The notes: generated by a model not told the origin, from the sequence alone. 64,000 bases of DNA from Candidatus Dormiibacterota bacterium (GCA_035544955.1 DASZZN010000034.1:71700-135699); one strand, 5' to 3'. Counted from the first letter of the stretch, positions 52,951 to 61,370 are shown. Program-made: numbers and translations.

Positions 52951-53124
52951 ATGTCCTCGAACGCGACGCTGAGGTGGGCGTCGGTGCTGGGCACGCTGTT
53001 GCTGGCCCTGCTCTCCGGCGGCGTGGTCGCCACCTCGCCCAAACCTGCTGAGGCGCCGCTGCACCCATCGGTCACCGTGCTGCCCAGCGATGCCACCGTC
53101 CACAGTGAAAGCCATGTCTCCTGA
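52951..53124 (+). CDS. 57-codon signal-peptide micro-ORF overlapping the apbE start (or the frameshifted N-terminus of ApbE)
   Basis: GGAGAGG RBS, then MSSNATLRWASVLGTLLLALLSGGVVATSPKPAEA|PLHPSVTVLPSDATVHSESHVS. It has n-, h- and AxA-type c-regions. 11-nt overlap with apbE in the +1 frame. Confidence 0.4.
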   Translation: MSSNATLRWASVLGTLLLALLSGGVVATSPKPAEAPLHPSVTVLPSDATVHSESHVS

Positions 53125-53992
53125 ACTCACGACCCGCCATTTCGACGCGCTCGGCTCCACCTGCGAGCTGTTGAGTGTCGACAGCGGGCAGGCAGCCCTC
53201 GAACGTTGCGAGCAACGGATCCGCGATGCGGAGGCCCGCTTCACGCGGTTCCTCCGTGACAGCGAGCTGGCCGGGCTGAATGCCAGCGACGGCCGCTATG
53301 TCCCGGTGAGCCAGGAAATGTTTGCCATGCTGCAAGCCGCCCTCTGGGCATTCGAGGAAAGCGAGGGACTCGTCAACGCTGCGGTCCTTCCGGCGCTCGC
53401 CGCTGCCGGATACGACCGGCCTTTCCGGCAGGGCCTGATGGAGCCGCCTGTCCTTTACCCGACGCAGCTGCCGCCACTTCCGGAGGTGCTCATCCTGGAT
53501 CAGGCCACGCGCTCGGCGGCGCTCGCCCCCGGCGCGGCGCTCGACCTGGGCGGCATAGCCAAAGGCGCGCTGGCCGACATCCTCATTGATGAGCTCGGTG
53601 ATAACGCCGTCTGCAACCTGGGCGGCGATCTCCGCATGCGGGGCGCCGGTCCCGAAGGCGATGGCTGGCACATCGGCCTCTGCGACGGATCGCTCGTCGC
53701 CATTCGCGACGGCGGCGTCTGCACCAGCGGGACGAGCAAGCGTCGCTGGGGACACTCGATGCATCACCTGATCGACCCGCGGACCGGAATACCGGCCAAA
53801 ACGGACCTGGCGGAAGTCTCGGTGGTGACGGACACCGCCTTGCGTGGCGAGGTCTATGCGAAGAGTGCCGTTCTCCTGGGTACTGCGCAGGGCATCGCCT
53901 TTCTCGAGGCTCGCGGCGTGCACTACGCGGCGGTGCCGGCGGAGGGGGCAGGGGACGGTGCCGGGCCGAGCGCGCTACCGGCTGCGGCGTGA
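53114..53992 (+). CDS. apbE: FAD:protein FMN transferase
   Basis: 'F.ALGSTCEL', 'LDLGGIAKG.LAD', 'NLGGDLR' and 'VCTSGTSKRRW...HHLIDPRTG.PA' are ApbE hallmarks. No signal peptide in this frame. Confidence 0.85.
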   Translation: MSPELTTRHFDALGSTCELLSVDSGQAALERCEQRIRDAEARFTRFLRDSELAGLNASDGRYVPVSQEMFAMLQAALWAFEESEGLVNAAVLPALAAAGYDRPFRQGLMEPPVLYPTQLPPLPEVLILDQATRSAALAPGAALDLGGIAKGALADILIDELGDNAVCNLGGDLRMRGAGPEGDGWHIGLCDGSLVAIRDGGVCTSGTSKRRWGHSMHHLIDPRTGIPAKTDLAEVSVVTDTALRGEVYAKSAVLLGTAQGIAFLEARGVHYAAVPAEGAGDGAGPSALPAAA

Positions 53993-54534
53993 CCGGTGAC
54001 CAGCTCCTCTGGTTGACGTCGCGCGCAGCGGCGCTCACCGCCTTCTTCGTGCTCGCCGCCGCGCTGATCACCGGCCAGGCATTGCGCAGCGCCATGTTCG
54101 AGGGAGCCATGCGCAATCGTGACCTCTCGAACCTGCACCGATTCCTCACCGTCTGCTGGGTGCCGCTAGTCGGCCTGCACGTGCTGGCGATGACGCTTGA
54201 TGCGGTGGCTCGCATCAGCGTGATCGACCTGGTGATCCCGTTTCGTGTGTCGTACGCCGCCCTGCCCATCGGCCTGGGCACGATCGGGTTCGACCTTCTG
54301 CTCGTCGTCGCGGTGACCAGCTACCTGCGGAAGCATATCGATCCGCTGGCCTGGCGTTGGCTACACCGGCTCTCCTATCTGATGTTTGGAGTGTTTGCGC
54401 TGCACGCCCTGCTGGGCGGGACGGATTTCGCGCGCCCTCTCGTGCTCGCCCCTGCCGCCGGGGTGGTGGCGTTCGTCGTCATCGTCAGCCTTGCCCGGCT
54501 CGCCTTCGGTCGCATGGAAAGCACGCCTCGCTAA
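53989..54534 (+). CDS. ferric-reductase-like (MsrQ/YedZ-type) transmembrane heme-b protein
   Basis: GTGA overlap with apbE. 5-6 TM segments with His in TM helices (NLHRF, GLHVL, WLHRL, ALHAL). Confidence 0.75.
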   Translation: MTGDQLLWLTSRAAALTAFFVLAAALITGQALRSAMFEGAMRNRDLSNLHRFLTVCWVPLVGLHVLAMTLDAVARISVIDLVIPFRVSYAALPIGLGTIGFDLLLVVAVTSYLRKHIDPLAWRWLHRLSYLMFGVFALHALLGGTDFARPLVLAPAAGVVAFVVIVSLARLAFGRMESTPR

Positions 54535-54626
54535 CTGCCTCGGACATACGCGTGGCGCTAAACGCTAGGCTGGGCTGGAGTCGCCCATCGATTTCGGCCT
54601 CACGGCCACCCCCCAGGAGGACTGCG

Positions 54627-54959
54627 ATGCGTGTCATGGATGTCGTCAATGAAGCCAGAGGTGCGATGCGAGTCTCCGAGGTGTTCGGCACGCCCTATGA
54701 AAAGGACGGGATCACGATCATTCCCGCGGCCAGGATCTCCGGCGGCGCGGGCGGTGGCGGTGACGAAGGCCAGCAGGCCGGCGGCGCTGGCTTCGGCGTT
54801 TCCTCCCGGCCGGTCGGCGCCTTCGTGATCAAGGGCGGTGAGGTCAGCTGGCAGCCGGCCCTCGACCTGAATCGGGTCATCCTGATGGGTCAGTTGGTCG
54901 CGATCGTGGCGCTTCTCACCGCCCGCGCCATCGTAAAAGCAACGGCGAAGCGCGGCTGA
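54627..54959 (+). CDS. GerW/YtfJ-family protein
   Basis: AGGAGG RBS. 'VFGTPYEKDGITIIPAARISGGAGGGGD.....GAGFG....PVGAFVIKGGEVSW.P' is the YtfJ/GerW pattern. C-terminal TM segment. Confidence 0.75.
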   Translation: MRVMDVVNEARGAMRVSEVFGTPYEKDGITIIPAARISGGAGGGGDEGQQAGGAGFGVSSRPVGAFVIKGGEVSWQPALDLNRVILMGQLVAIVALLTARAIVKATAKRG

Positions 54960-56209
54960 TGGCCGGCCCGACCACGATCGACCTCGACCTCCAGTCCATT
55001 CGCCGGCAGTTCCCCGCGCTATCCCTCAAGGTTGATGGAGAGGTGGTCGTCTACCTCGACAATCCCGGCGGCACCCAGGTGCCGCAGCGGGTGATCGACC
55101 GCACGGCCGATTACTGGCGGACGATGAATGCGAATCAGGGCGGGACCTCTGTGACCAGCCAGCGCTCGGATGCGCTGATCGCGCAGGTGCGGCAGGCGGC
55201 GGCGACGTTCCTCAATGCCGCTTCAGCCGATGAGATCGTCTTCGGCCCCAACATGACGACGCTGACCTTCGCCCTGAGTCGTGCAATCGGGCGCGAGCTA
55301 AAGCCGGGCGACGAGATCGTCGTCACCCGGCTCGACCACGACGCCAACGTCTCGCCCTGGCTGGCGCTCCAGGAGCGCGGCGTGACGGTGCGCGTTGTCG
55401 ACATCCGGGTCCCCGAGTGTACCCTGGACCTCAGCGATCTTCATCGCCAGCTGACGCCGCGCACGCGGCTGGTCGCCGTGACGCACGCGTCGAATGCGGT
55501 GGGGACCATCCCCAACCTTGCCGCCGTGTCGCGGGCGGCCCACGCCGCCGGTGCCTGGCTCTGGGTTGACGCGGTTCACTATGGGCCCCACGGTCCGATT
55601 GATGTCCGTGCCATCGATTGCGACTTCCTGGTGTGCTCGAGCTACAAGTTCTTCGGTCCGCACCAGGGGATTCTCTATGGGCGCCGCGAGCTGCTACAGC
55701 GACTCCGTCCGTACAAGGTCCGGCCGGCGAGCGACGAGGGGCCATCCCGCTGGGAGACCGGTACCCAGAACCACGAGTGCCTCGCCGGCCTGCTTGGCGC
55801 GTTCGAGTACCTGGCTGAGCTCGGTGGTGCTGACCAAGTGCTCCGCCCCGCGCTGGAAGCCGCCATGGGTCGCATTCGCCGCCACGAGCGGGCGCTCGTG
55901 GCCCGGCTGATCGATGGCCTCCAGCAGATTCCCGGGATCACGCTCTACGGCCTCACCGCACCGGCGGAGTTTGATCATCGGGTGCCAACGGTGTCTCTGA
56001 CCTGGCCGCCACATCGACCGGAGGCGGTGGCCCGCTGGCTGGCGAACCACCAGGTCTTTGTCACGCATGGCGACCACTATGCAACTGAGCTGATCACGCG
56101 GCTGGGCCTCGCCGCCCAGGGCGGAACGCTGCGGATCGGGGTTGTCCACTACAACACGGCGAGCGAAGTCGACCTCGTGCTCGAGCTGCTCGCAGGCTAC
56201 CGTGGATAG
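54959..56209 (+). CDS. cysteine desulfurase-like class V aminotransferase
   Basis: 'VYLDNPGGTQVP', 'THASNAVGT', 'SSYKFFGPH.G' (PLP-Lys). 416 aa. 1-nt overlap with the preceding stop. Confidence 0.85.
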   Translation: MAGPTTIDLDLQSIRRQFPALSLKVDGEVVVYLDNPGGTQVPQRVIDRTADYWRTMNANQGGTSVTSQRSDALIAQVRQAAATFLNAASADEIVFGPNMTTLTFALSRAIGRELKPGDEIVVTRLDHDANVSPWLALQERGVTVRVVDIRVPECTLDLSDLHRQLTPRTRLVAVTHASNAVGTIPNLAAVSRAAHAAGAWLWVDAVHYGPHGPIDVRAIDCDFLVCSSYKFFGPHQGILYGRRELLQRLRPYKVRPASDEGPSRWETGTQNHECLAGLLGAFEYLAELGGADQVLRPALEAAMGRIRRHERALVARLIDGLQQIPGITLYGLTAPAEFDHRVPTVSLTWPPHRPEAVARWLANHQVFVTHGDHYATELITRLGLAAQGGTLRIGVVHYNTASEVDLVLELLAGYRG

Positions 56210-56220
56210 CGTGATCGATA

Positions 56221-57057
56221 TCAGATGCTGATCAACACCACCCCCGCCAACGCCAGCCCGATGCCGGCTCGCTGCGGTCGGGCCATGCGCTCGTTGAGGA
56301 CGATCCGAGCCAGGATGAGGGTGGCGACCGGATAGAGCGACGAGAGAATGGACACGACGCTCAGCAGTCCAAGGGTCGTCGCAAACGCGAACAGGACATC
56401 GGCACCAACGTCGAGGATGCCGACGGCAAACAGGGCCGGCAGGTCGGGGAGCCCCACCTTGATGCGCGAGCGGAAGACCACGCCGAGCACGAGCAGTGCG
56501 AGCACGCTCCCGGATCGGGTCGCGAGCACGCCCCAGAGCGGATCCGGCCGGCTCGCATAGCGGATCGCCACCAGGAAGAGGCCGAAGGCCAGCGCGGCGA
56601 GCAGCGCCAGGCCAACGCCCGGAAGCAGCCGCCGTCCCGACTCCGCGGGACGGCGATCGAAGGCCAGCAGCGCGATCCCGCCGAGCGCTAGGGCGATACC
56701 GAAGAATTGCAGCGCCGTCGGTCGCTCGCCCAGCACCAGGCCAGTCACGATGGGCACCACCGGCCCCATCGCCGCGATGGTCGAGACGACGCTGATCACC
56801 CCGATGGCCATCCCGCGGTAGATCGCCGACAACCCGACCAGCCCGGCGAGTCCCGCCACGACGCCCGCGACGATCCAGGGGCCCGGCCGAAGGGGCACCC
56901 CGCGAAGGATGACCACGACGGCGATCAACAGGAGGGTCGGTGGCTGGGAGACGAACAGCACCGCGAACACGCCCAGGCGCCGGGTGTTGACGCCGCCAAG
57001 GAAGTCGCCGATGCCCCAGCTCACGCTGGCCGCAACGGCCAGCAGGACGGCGGTCAG
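56221..57057 (-). CDS. EamA/DMT-family transporter
   Basis: 10-TM DMT pattern starting 'LTAVLLAVAASVSWGIGDFLGG'. Upstream track residues are Arg/Pro shadow sequence overlapping the DedA-RDD gene. The only start-like codon before TM1 is CTG 57057-57055. Confidence 0.8.
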   Translation of the reverse strand: MTAVLLAVAASVSWGIGDFLGGVNTRRLGVFAVLFVSQPPTLLLIAVVVILRGVPLRPGPWIVAGVVAGLAGLVGLSAIYRGMAIGVISVVSTIAAMGPVVPIVTGLVLGERPTALQFFGIALALGGIALLAFDRRPAESGRRLLPGVGLALLAALAFGLFLVAIRYASRPDPLWGVLATRSGSVLALLVLGVVFRSRIKVGLPDLPALFAVGILDVGADVLFAFATTLGLLSVVSILSSLYPVATLILARIVLNERMARPQRAGIGLALAGVVLISI

Positions 57058-58151
57058 CGAGCCACTCGACGAACGGTGGTGCCGCTGAGGAGATCGCCGA
57101 GCCGCTGGCGCCGGCGGGTGCGCAGGACCAGCGCCGCGTCGACCGGCCAGAGGGGAAGCAAGACCCCAACCAGGTTGCGCAGGGCTGCCCGCCACCAGCC
57201 GGGTACGCCATTGGGTCCGTAAACCGAGATGCCCATCAGGGTCTTGCCGATCGTCTGCCCCGTGCGCGCCTCGATCGGGACGCGATACGCCAGCGCGATG
57301 ACGGCCAGGAGCAGCAGGCCTTCGGGATCGAGGACGATCTCGGCTTTGTCCAGTCCGGATAACGCCGACAGGATCAGGATTGCGCCAATGAACACGATGG
57401 CCAGGTCGATCAGGCCGGCCCACACCCGGCGAACGAGCGGGTACTCGCGCCACCCGCGATCCTCGCTGGCGTGGAAAATCGCCGCGTCGATCGTGTCCGC
57501 CAGCTCGCGTCGCACGCCCAGCACGATCGGGTCCAGGGCGGAAAGGGCCCCTCGTCGTGCCAGCCAGCGCACCGAGAGGATGATCGCGAGCGCCGCCAGG
57601 ACGGTCACGGCGATGACGAAGAATCGATGCTCGGCGCGGTGGAACAGCCGGACGGCCGGCTGCCCCGCCAGCGCACCGAGCCCGACAAAGATCGCGATGT
57701 AGACGACGACCGACGGGACGAGACCGACGGCAAACGTCAGACGCGGCATCTTGCTGACGCCGGCCACCTGGGTGGTGGTGATCCGAAGCCCCGGAATCAG
57801 CCGGCCGATGAAGACCGCCGGCGCCCCGCGACGTTGCAGCAGGTCGGTGGTTCGGTCCAGGGCGGGCCCGAATCCGAGCGCGTCCGCGGCTTTCTGCAGG
57901 GCCGGCCGCCCGACGGCGGCGAAGACTTCCCGACCGATCATCGCGCCGAGGATGGTCGCCAGCAAGAGGGCGGCCACGATAGGGATCGGCTCTACGGTAT
58001 CGCTGGCGATGGCGATCCCGGCAATGATCAACAGCAGATCGCCTGGAGCAAACGGGATGGGGATGCCGGTCTCCTCGATGAAGACCAGGCCGGCGATCAC
58101 GCCAATCAGCAGATCCCCGCTCAGGCTGCCGATAGAGGTGATGGGATTCAT
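57054..58151 (-). CDS. fusion protein: DedA/VTT membrane domain plus RDD domain
   Basis: N-terminal 'FIEETGIPIPFAPGDLLLIIAG...RRGAPAVFIGRLIPGLR' is DedA. C-terminal 'RRVWAGLIDLAIV....R.GQTIGK.LMGI.V' is RDD. Confidence 0.8.
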   Translation of the reverse strand: MNPITSIGSLSGDLLIGVIAGLVFIEETGIPIPFAPGDLLLIIAGIAIASDTVEPIPIVAALLLATILGAMIGREVFAAVGRPALQKAADALGFGPALDRTTDLLQRRGAPAVFIGRLIPGLRITTTQVAGVSKMPRLTFAVGLVPSVVVYIAIFVGLGALAGQPAVRLFHRAEHRFFVIAVTVLAALAIILSVRWLARRGALSALDPIVLGVRRELADTIDAAIFHASEDRGWREYPLVRRVWAGLIDLAIVFIGAILILSALSGLDKAEIVLDPEGLLLLAVIALAYRVPIEARTGQTIGKTLMGISVYGPNGVPGWWRAALRNLVGVLLPLWPVDAALVLRTRRRQRLGDLLSGTTVRRVAR

Positions 58152-58188
58152 GACGACGCTTGTTCTTCGCCTGCGCCAGGGCAGCCGC

Positions 58189-59772
58189 TTAGCTGATCAG
58201 CTCGCGGATCAACGGGATTGGCATGGATCCACAGCCGAGAAAACCATCGTGGAACGTCTTCAGCGTATACCCGGGGCGGCGCTGCAGGTCGCCCCTGAGC
58301 TCGAGGATCAGAAGCTTACCCAGCGTGTAATTCAGGTACATCGGGTCCCAGGCGCCGCGTGTTGCCTCGCGGGTGGCGGGCAGCTCGGTCATGAAGCCGA
58401 CGGACTGGAACAGGCGAATCGCGTCCGGCATCGTCATCCCCTGGCAATGAAGGCCGAGGGCGACCAGGAATCGGCAATCGCGAAGCAGCGCCTCGAGGCG
58501 ATGCGCGAGCAGCTGCTTAGGATCACGGGAATAGCCGATCTCCAGCATCATCTCCTCGGCGTAGTGCGCAAAGCCCTCGCCCGTCGTGTAGGTCCAGAAG
58601 AGTTGTCGCGTCGGCGACGCGGCATGCCGCTCGTACAGCCCCTGGACGTAATGGCCGGGATACGCCTCGTGGATCGACGTGCCTTCCAGCGTCGCGTAAT
58701 TCATGTAGCGCAACCATTCCTCGCTCTTGGCTTCATCCCAATCGGCGCCCGGGACGGTCACCCAGTAATGGCTGTCGGTGGCCACCGTTTCGAGCGGTCC
58801 GGCGCTGTCCATGGCGGCGCTGATGTAGGCGGCATACGACGGCGTCGGTTGCACTAGGCAGCGGCCATTACTCGGAAGGGACACCACGTCGCGCTCCACG
58901 AGAAAGGTGCGAAGGCGGCCGAGCATCCCGGTCACGTCATCGATGATCGACGCCGCCGTCGGATGGTGGTCTTCTATCCGGGTCACGGCGGCCTGTACGC
59001 CCTCGCCCGGTGCGATCTGTTCGGCGGCGGCTTCGGCCGCGGCCCGATTTCGATCGATGTCGGCGCGCACCATCCGCTCGAGCGCGGGGACGTCGAGCTG
59101 CACGAATTCGCGCAGGCCCAGCAGGCGCAGGAAGTGGCGCTCGCCGAGGGCATTGGCATCGTCCGCTGTCGTGAGCCTCGCCTTCAGGAACTCCGCAAAA
59201 TCTCTCGTTTGGCGGCTGGCGATGTCGATGGCCGTGAGCGTTTCACTGTCGCCCCGGGCGGCGGCGCGAACCTCGCCGTCAAGGTACTCGACCCGGCCGT
59301 CGGCCGCCTCGATCGCGATCTCGAGGTTGGGCCGGGGAAGCACCGCCTCAAGGTTGTCGCGTGCTGCTTCCAAAAAGCCCGCATACCCGAGCAGGTGGCG
59401 CCGAAGGGCGGCCAGCCGATCGCCCAGCGGCGCGTAGGGCCGCTTCAGGTAGAAGCTGACGTCCAGCTCGCTCGGCCCCGCGTAGAACATCGGCTCACGA
59501 AATGGAAGACGTAATTCGGTGAGCTCGAAACGCGCCGCTTGCAGCTGAGCGACGAGCGCCCGGCGATCGATGGCCTGGCCCGGGTCGAGTCCCTGCACCT
59601 CGCCAATGGTGGAGAGCTGCCGATCGATTTCGGCCACCCGAGCGCCAATCGCGCTTTTGGAAGGGTCGCCGACCACCCCGTCGAAGCCGTGATCACCCAT
59701 GTAACGGGCGTGGGTCGGTGAAAAACGGAAAAAGCCATTGATTACCTGCCGTTCGGCCGTCGCCCAGTCCAC
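58189..59772 (-). CDS. DUF885-family protein (M-type metallopeptidase-like)
   Basis: 527 aa. 'HEAYPGHY' motif and the overall DUF885 pattern ('P...A.Y.......G'). Confidence 0.8.
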   Translation of the reverse strand: MDWATAERQVINGFFRFSPTHARYMGDHGFDGVVGDPSKSAIGARVAEIDRQLSTIGEVQGLDPGQAIDRRALVAQLQAARFELTELRLPFREPMFYAGPSELDVSFYLKRPYAPLGDRLAALRRHLLGYAGFLEAARDNLEAVLPRPNLEIAIEAADGRVEYLDGEVRAAARGDSETLTAIDIASRQTRDFAEFLKARLTTADDANALGERHFLRLLGLREFVQLDVPALERMVRADIDRNRAAAEAAAEQIAPGEGVQAAVTRIEDHHPTAASIIDDVTGMLGRLRTFLVERDVVSLPSNGRCLVQPTPSYAAYISAAMDSAGPLETVATDSHYWVTVPGADWDEAKSEEWLRYMNYATLEGTSIHEAYPGHYVQGLYERHAASPTRQLFWTYTTGEGFAHYAEEMMLEIGYSRDPKQLLAHRLEALLRDCRFLVALGLHCQGMTMPDAIRLFQSVGFMTELPATREATRGAWDPMYLNYTLGKLLILELRGDLQRRPGYTLKTFHDGFLGCGSMPIPLIRELIS

Positions 59773-59853
59773 GGCCCTAGAGGCTAGCAGGTGAGCAGTT
59801 CGAACCGATAGAGGGGCCGTAAGGCGGCGCTGTTACGTTGGCGTCACCGAATC

Positions 59854-61368
59854 ATGCGCCAGCAGTCACCCTCCAGTCACCCCCTCTCAAGTCTCCATCG
59901 TGCGCTTGTGGCCCTGCTGGCAGGTGCTGGCCTGGTCCTGGTGGCACTGCCGGCCGCTCCCACCTGGGCGGCCCAAAACCAGGCCCACCTCGATCGCCAC
60001 GTGCTCAAGGCGATGCAGACGGGACAGTCGATCCATGTCATAGTCGTCGCCCGGGGCGATCTCAACGTCCTGTGGGCAGACCTCCGACGGACCGGTCTGA
60101 AACACACCATGCCCGTGCCGATCGCCCACGGCTTCGCCGTCGATCTGACGCCCGCGCTGATCGACCACTTCCGCCTGGATGCGAACGTTGCACGTCTAAT
60201 CTATGACGCCCCGGTCAGACTCAGCGATACCCCCTTTAACCCAACAGCGCTGGCGACGGCCTATCCGGCGGTCGTGGACGCGGTGACGAACTGGAGCAAT
60301 CCGGTGGCGCCGCTCACCGGACAGGGAATCGGGGTCGCCGTGATCGACAGTGGCATCGCGTCACACCCTGACCTGGGGAATCGCATCATCGCGAGCCAGG
60401 ACTTCAATCCAAACGTCACGGGCACGGATGACCCCTACGGCCACGGCACCGCGGTTGCGGGGATCATAGCCGGGGATGGCACGGCGAGCCTGGGACAGTA
60501 CATCGGCGTAGCGCCGCAGGCGAACCTCATCAACCTCCGCGTCAACGACGGCACCGGCGGCGCACCGACCTCCGCCATCATGAACGCCATTCTCTGGGCG
60601 GTCATCAACAGGAAGGCCTACAACATCCGCGTGCTCAACCTCTCCCTGCAGGCGTCGGTGCAGGAAAGCTACCGCTCCAGCCCGATCGACGCCGCCGTTG
60701 AATATGCGTGGCTGAAAGGCCTCGTCGTGGTCGTGGCCGCTGGCAACAGCGGGCCCAACAGTGCGCTCTATGCGCCGGCGAATGATCCGTATGTGATCAC
60801 GGTTGGGGCGACCGACGACCAGGGCACTACCGCGACGGCCGACGACGCGCTGGCAAGCTTTTCGAGCTATGGCGTGACCCAGGACGGCTTCACCAAGCCG
60901 GACGTCGTCGCGCCCGGCCGGCGGATCATTACCACGCTGGCACCGACCAGCAGTTTCGCGCTGAACTACCCAAGCTTCATGGTTGGCACGCAGTACATCC
61001 AGCTGAGCGGCACCTCGGTGGCGGCCCCGATGGTCAGCGGGGTGGCGGCGCTCTACCTCGAGAGCAATCCGACCGTGCGCCCGGGCCAGCTCAAGGGCGT
61101 GCTGCTCGCGACCAGCAACCCTCTCGCGCTCACCGGCACCGGCGCGGGCTATCCGGACGCCGCGCGTGCCACGGCCTACCTCGGTCTGCTCGGCAATGCC
61201 AACCACGGCCTCGACCCCAACAACTACCTCAAAGTGCTCTATATGGCGGCCAAAAACCTGACGACAATGCCGCTGGTCTCGTGGGACACGGTCTCCTGGG
61301 ACAGCGTGTCCTGGGACAGCGTCTCCTGGGATAGCGTCTCCTGGGACGCCGTCAGCTGGGGTAGCTAG
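59854..61368 (+). CDS. secreted S8 (subtilisin-like) serine peptidase with C-terminal (V-S-W-D-x)6 repeat
   Basis: Signal peptide. Catalytic triad D 'VAVIDSGI', H 'HGTAVAGIIAG', S 'LSGTSVAAPMVSG'. Tail 'VSWDTVSWDSVSWDSVSWDSVSWDAVSWGS'. Confidence 0.9.
   Translation: MRQQSPSSHPLSSLHRALVALLAGAGLVLVALPAAPTWAAQNQAHLDRHVLKAMQTGQSIHVIVVARGDLNVLWADLRRTGLKHTMPVPIAHGFAVDLTPALIDHFRLDANVARLIYDAPVRLSDTPFNPTALATAYPAVVDAVTNWSNPVAPLTGQGIGVAVIDSGIASHPDLGNRIIASQDFNPNVTGTDDPYGHGTAVAGIIAGDGTASLGQYIGVAPQANLINLRVNDGTGGAPTSAIMNAILWAVINRKAYNIRVLNLSLQASVQESYRSSPIDAAVEYAWLKGLVVVVAAGNSGPNSALYAPANDPYVITVGATDDQGTTATADDALASFSSYGVTQDGFTKPDVVAPGRRIITTLAPTSSFALNYPSFMVGTQYIQLSGTSVAAPMVSGVAALYLESNPTVRPGQLKGVLLATSNPLALTGTGAGYPDAARATAYLGLLGNANHGLDPNNYLKVLYMAAKNLTTMPLVSWDTVSWDSVSWDSVSWDSVSWDAVSWGS
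61276..61365 (+). repeat. six tandem 15-bp coding repeats (GTCTCCTGGGACAGC-like)
   Basis: 61276, 61291, 61306, 61321, 61336 and 61351 each begin a GT(C/G)(T/A)(C/G)(C/G)TGGG(A/G)(C/T)(A/G)(C/G)(C/G) unit encoding VSWD(T/S/A). In frame at the 3' end of the S8 gene. Confidence 0.9.
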
Positions 61369-61370
61369 CG

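Noticed and set aside
55694-57211. 505-aa ORF on the minus strand
   Set aside because: It overlaps the cysteine-desulfurase-like gene (antisense) and the EamA gene (other frame). It is extremely Arg/Gly/Pro-rich with no motifs.
61276-61365. Tandem direct repeats that could be mistaken for a mini CRISPR or VNTR locus
   Set aside because: The 15-bp units are contiguous (no spacers), in frame, and encode a regular VSWDx peptide inside the S8 gene. This is a coding repeat, not CRISPR.
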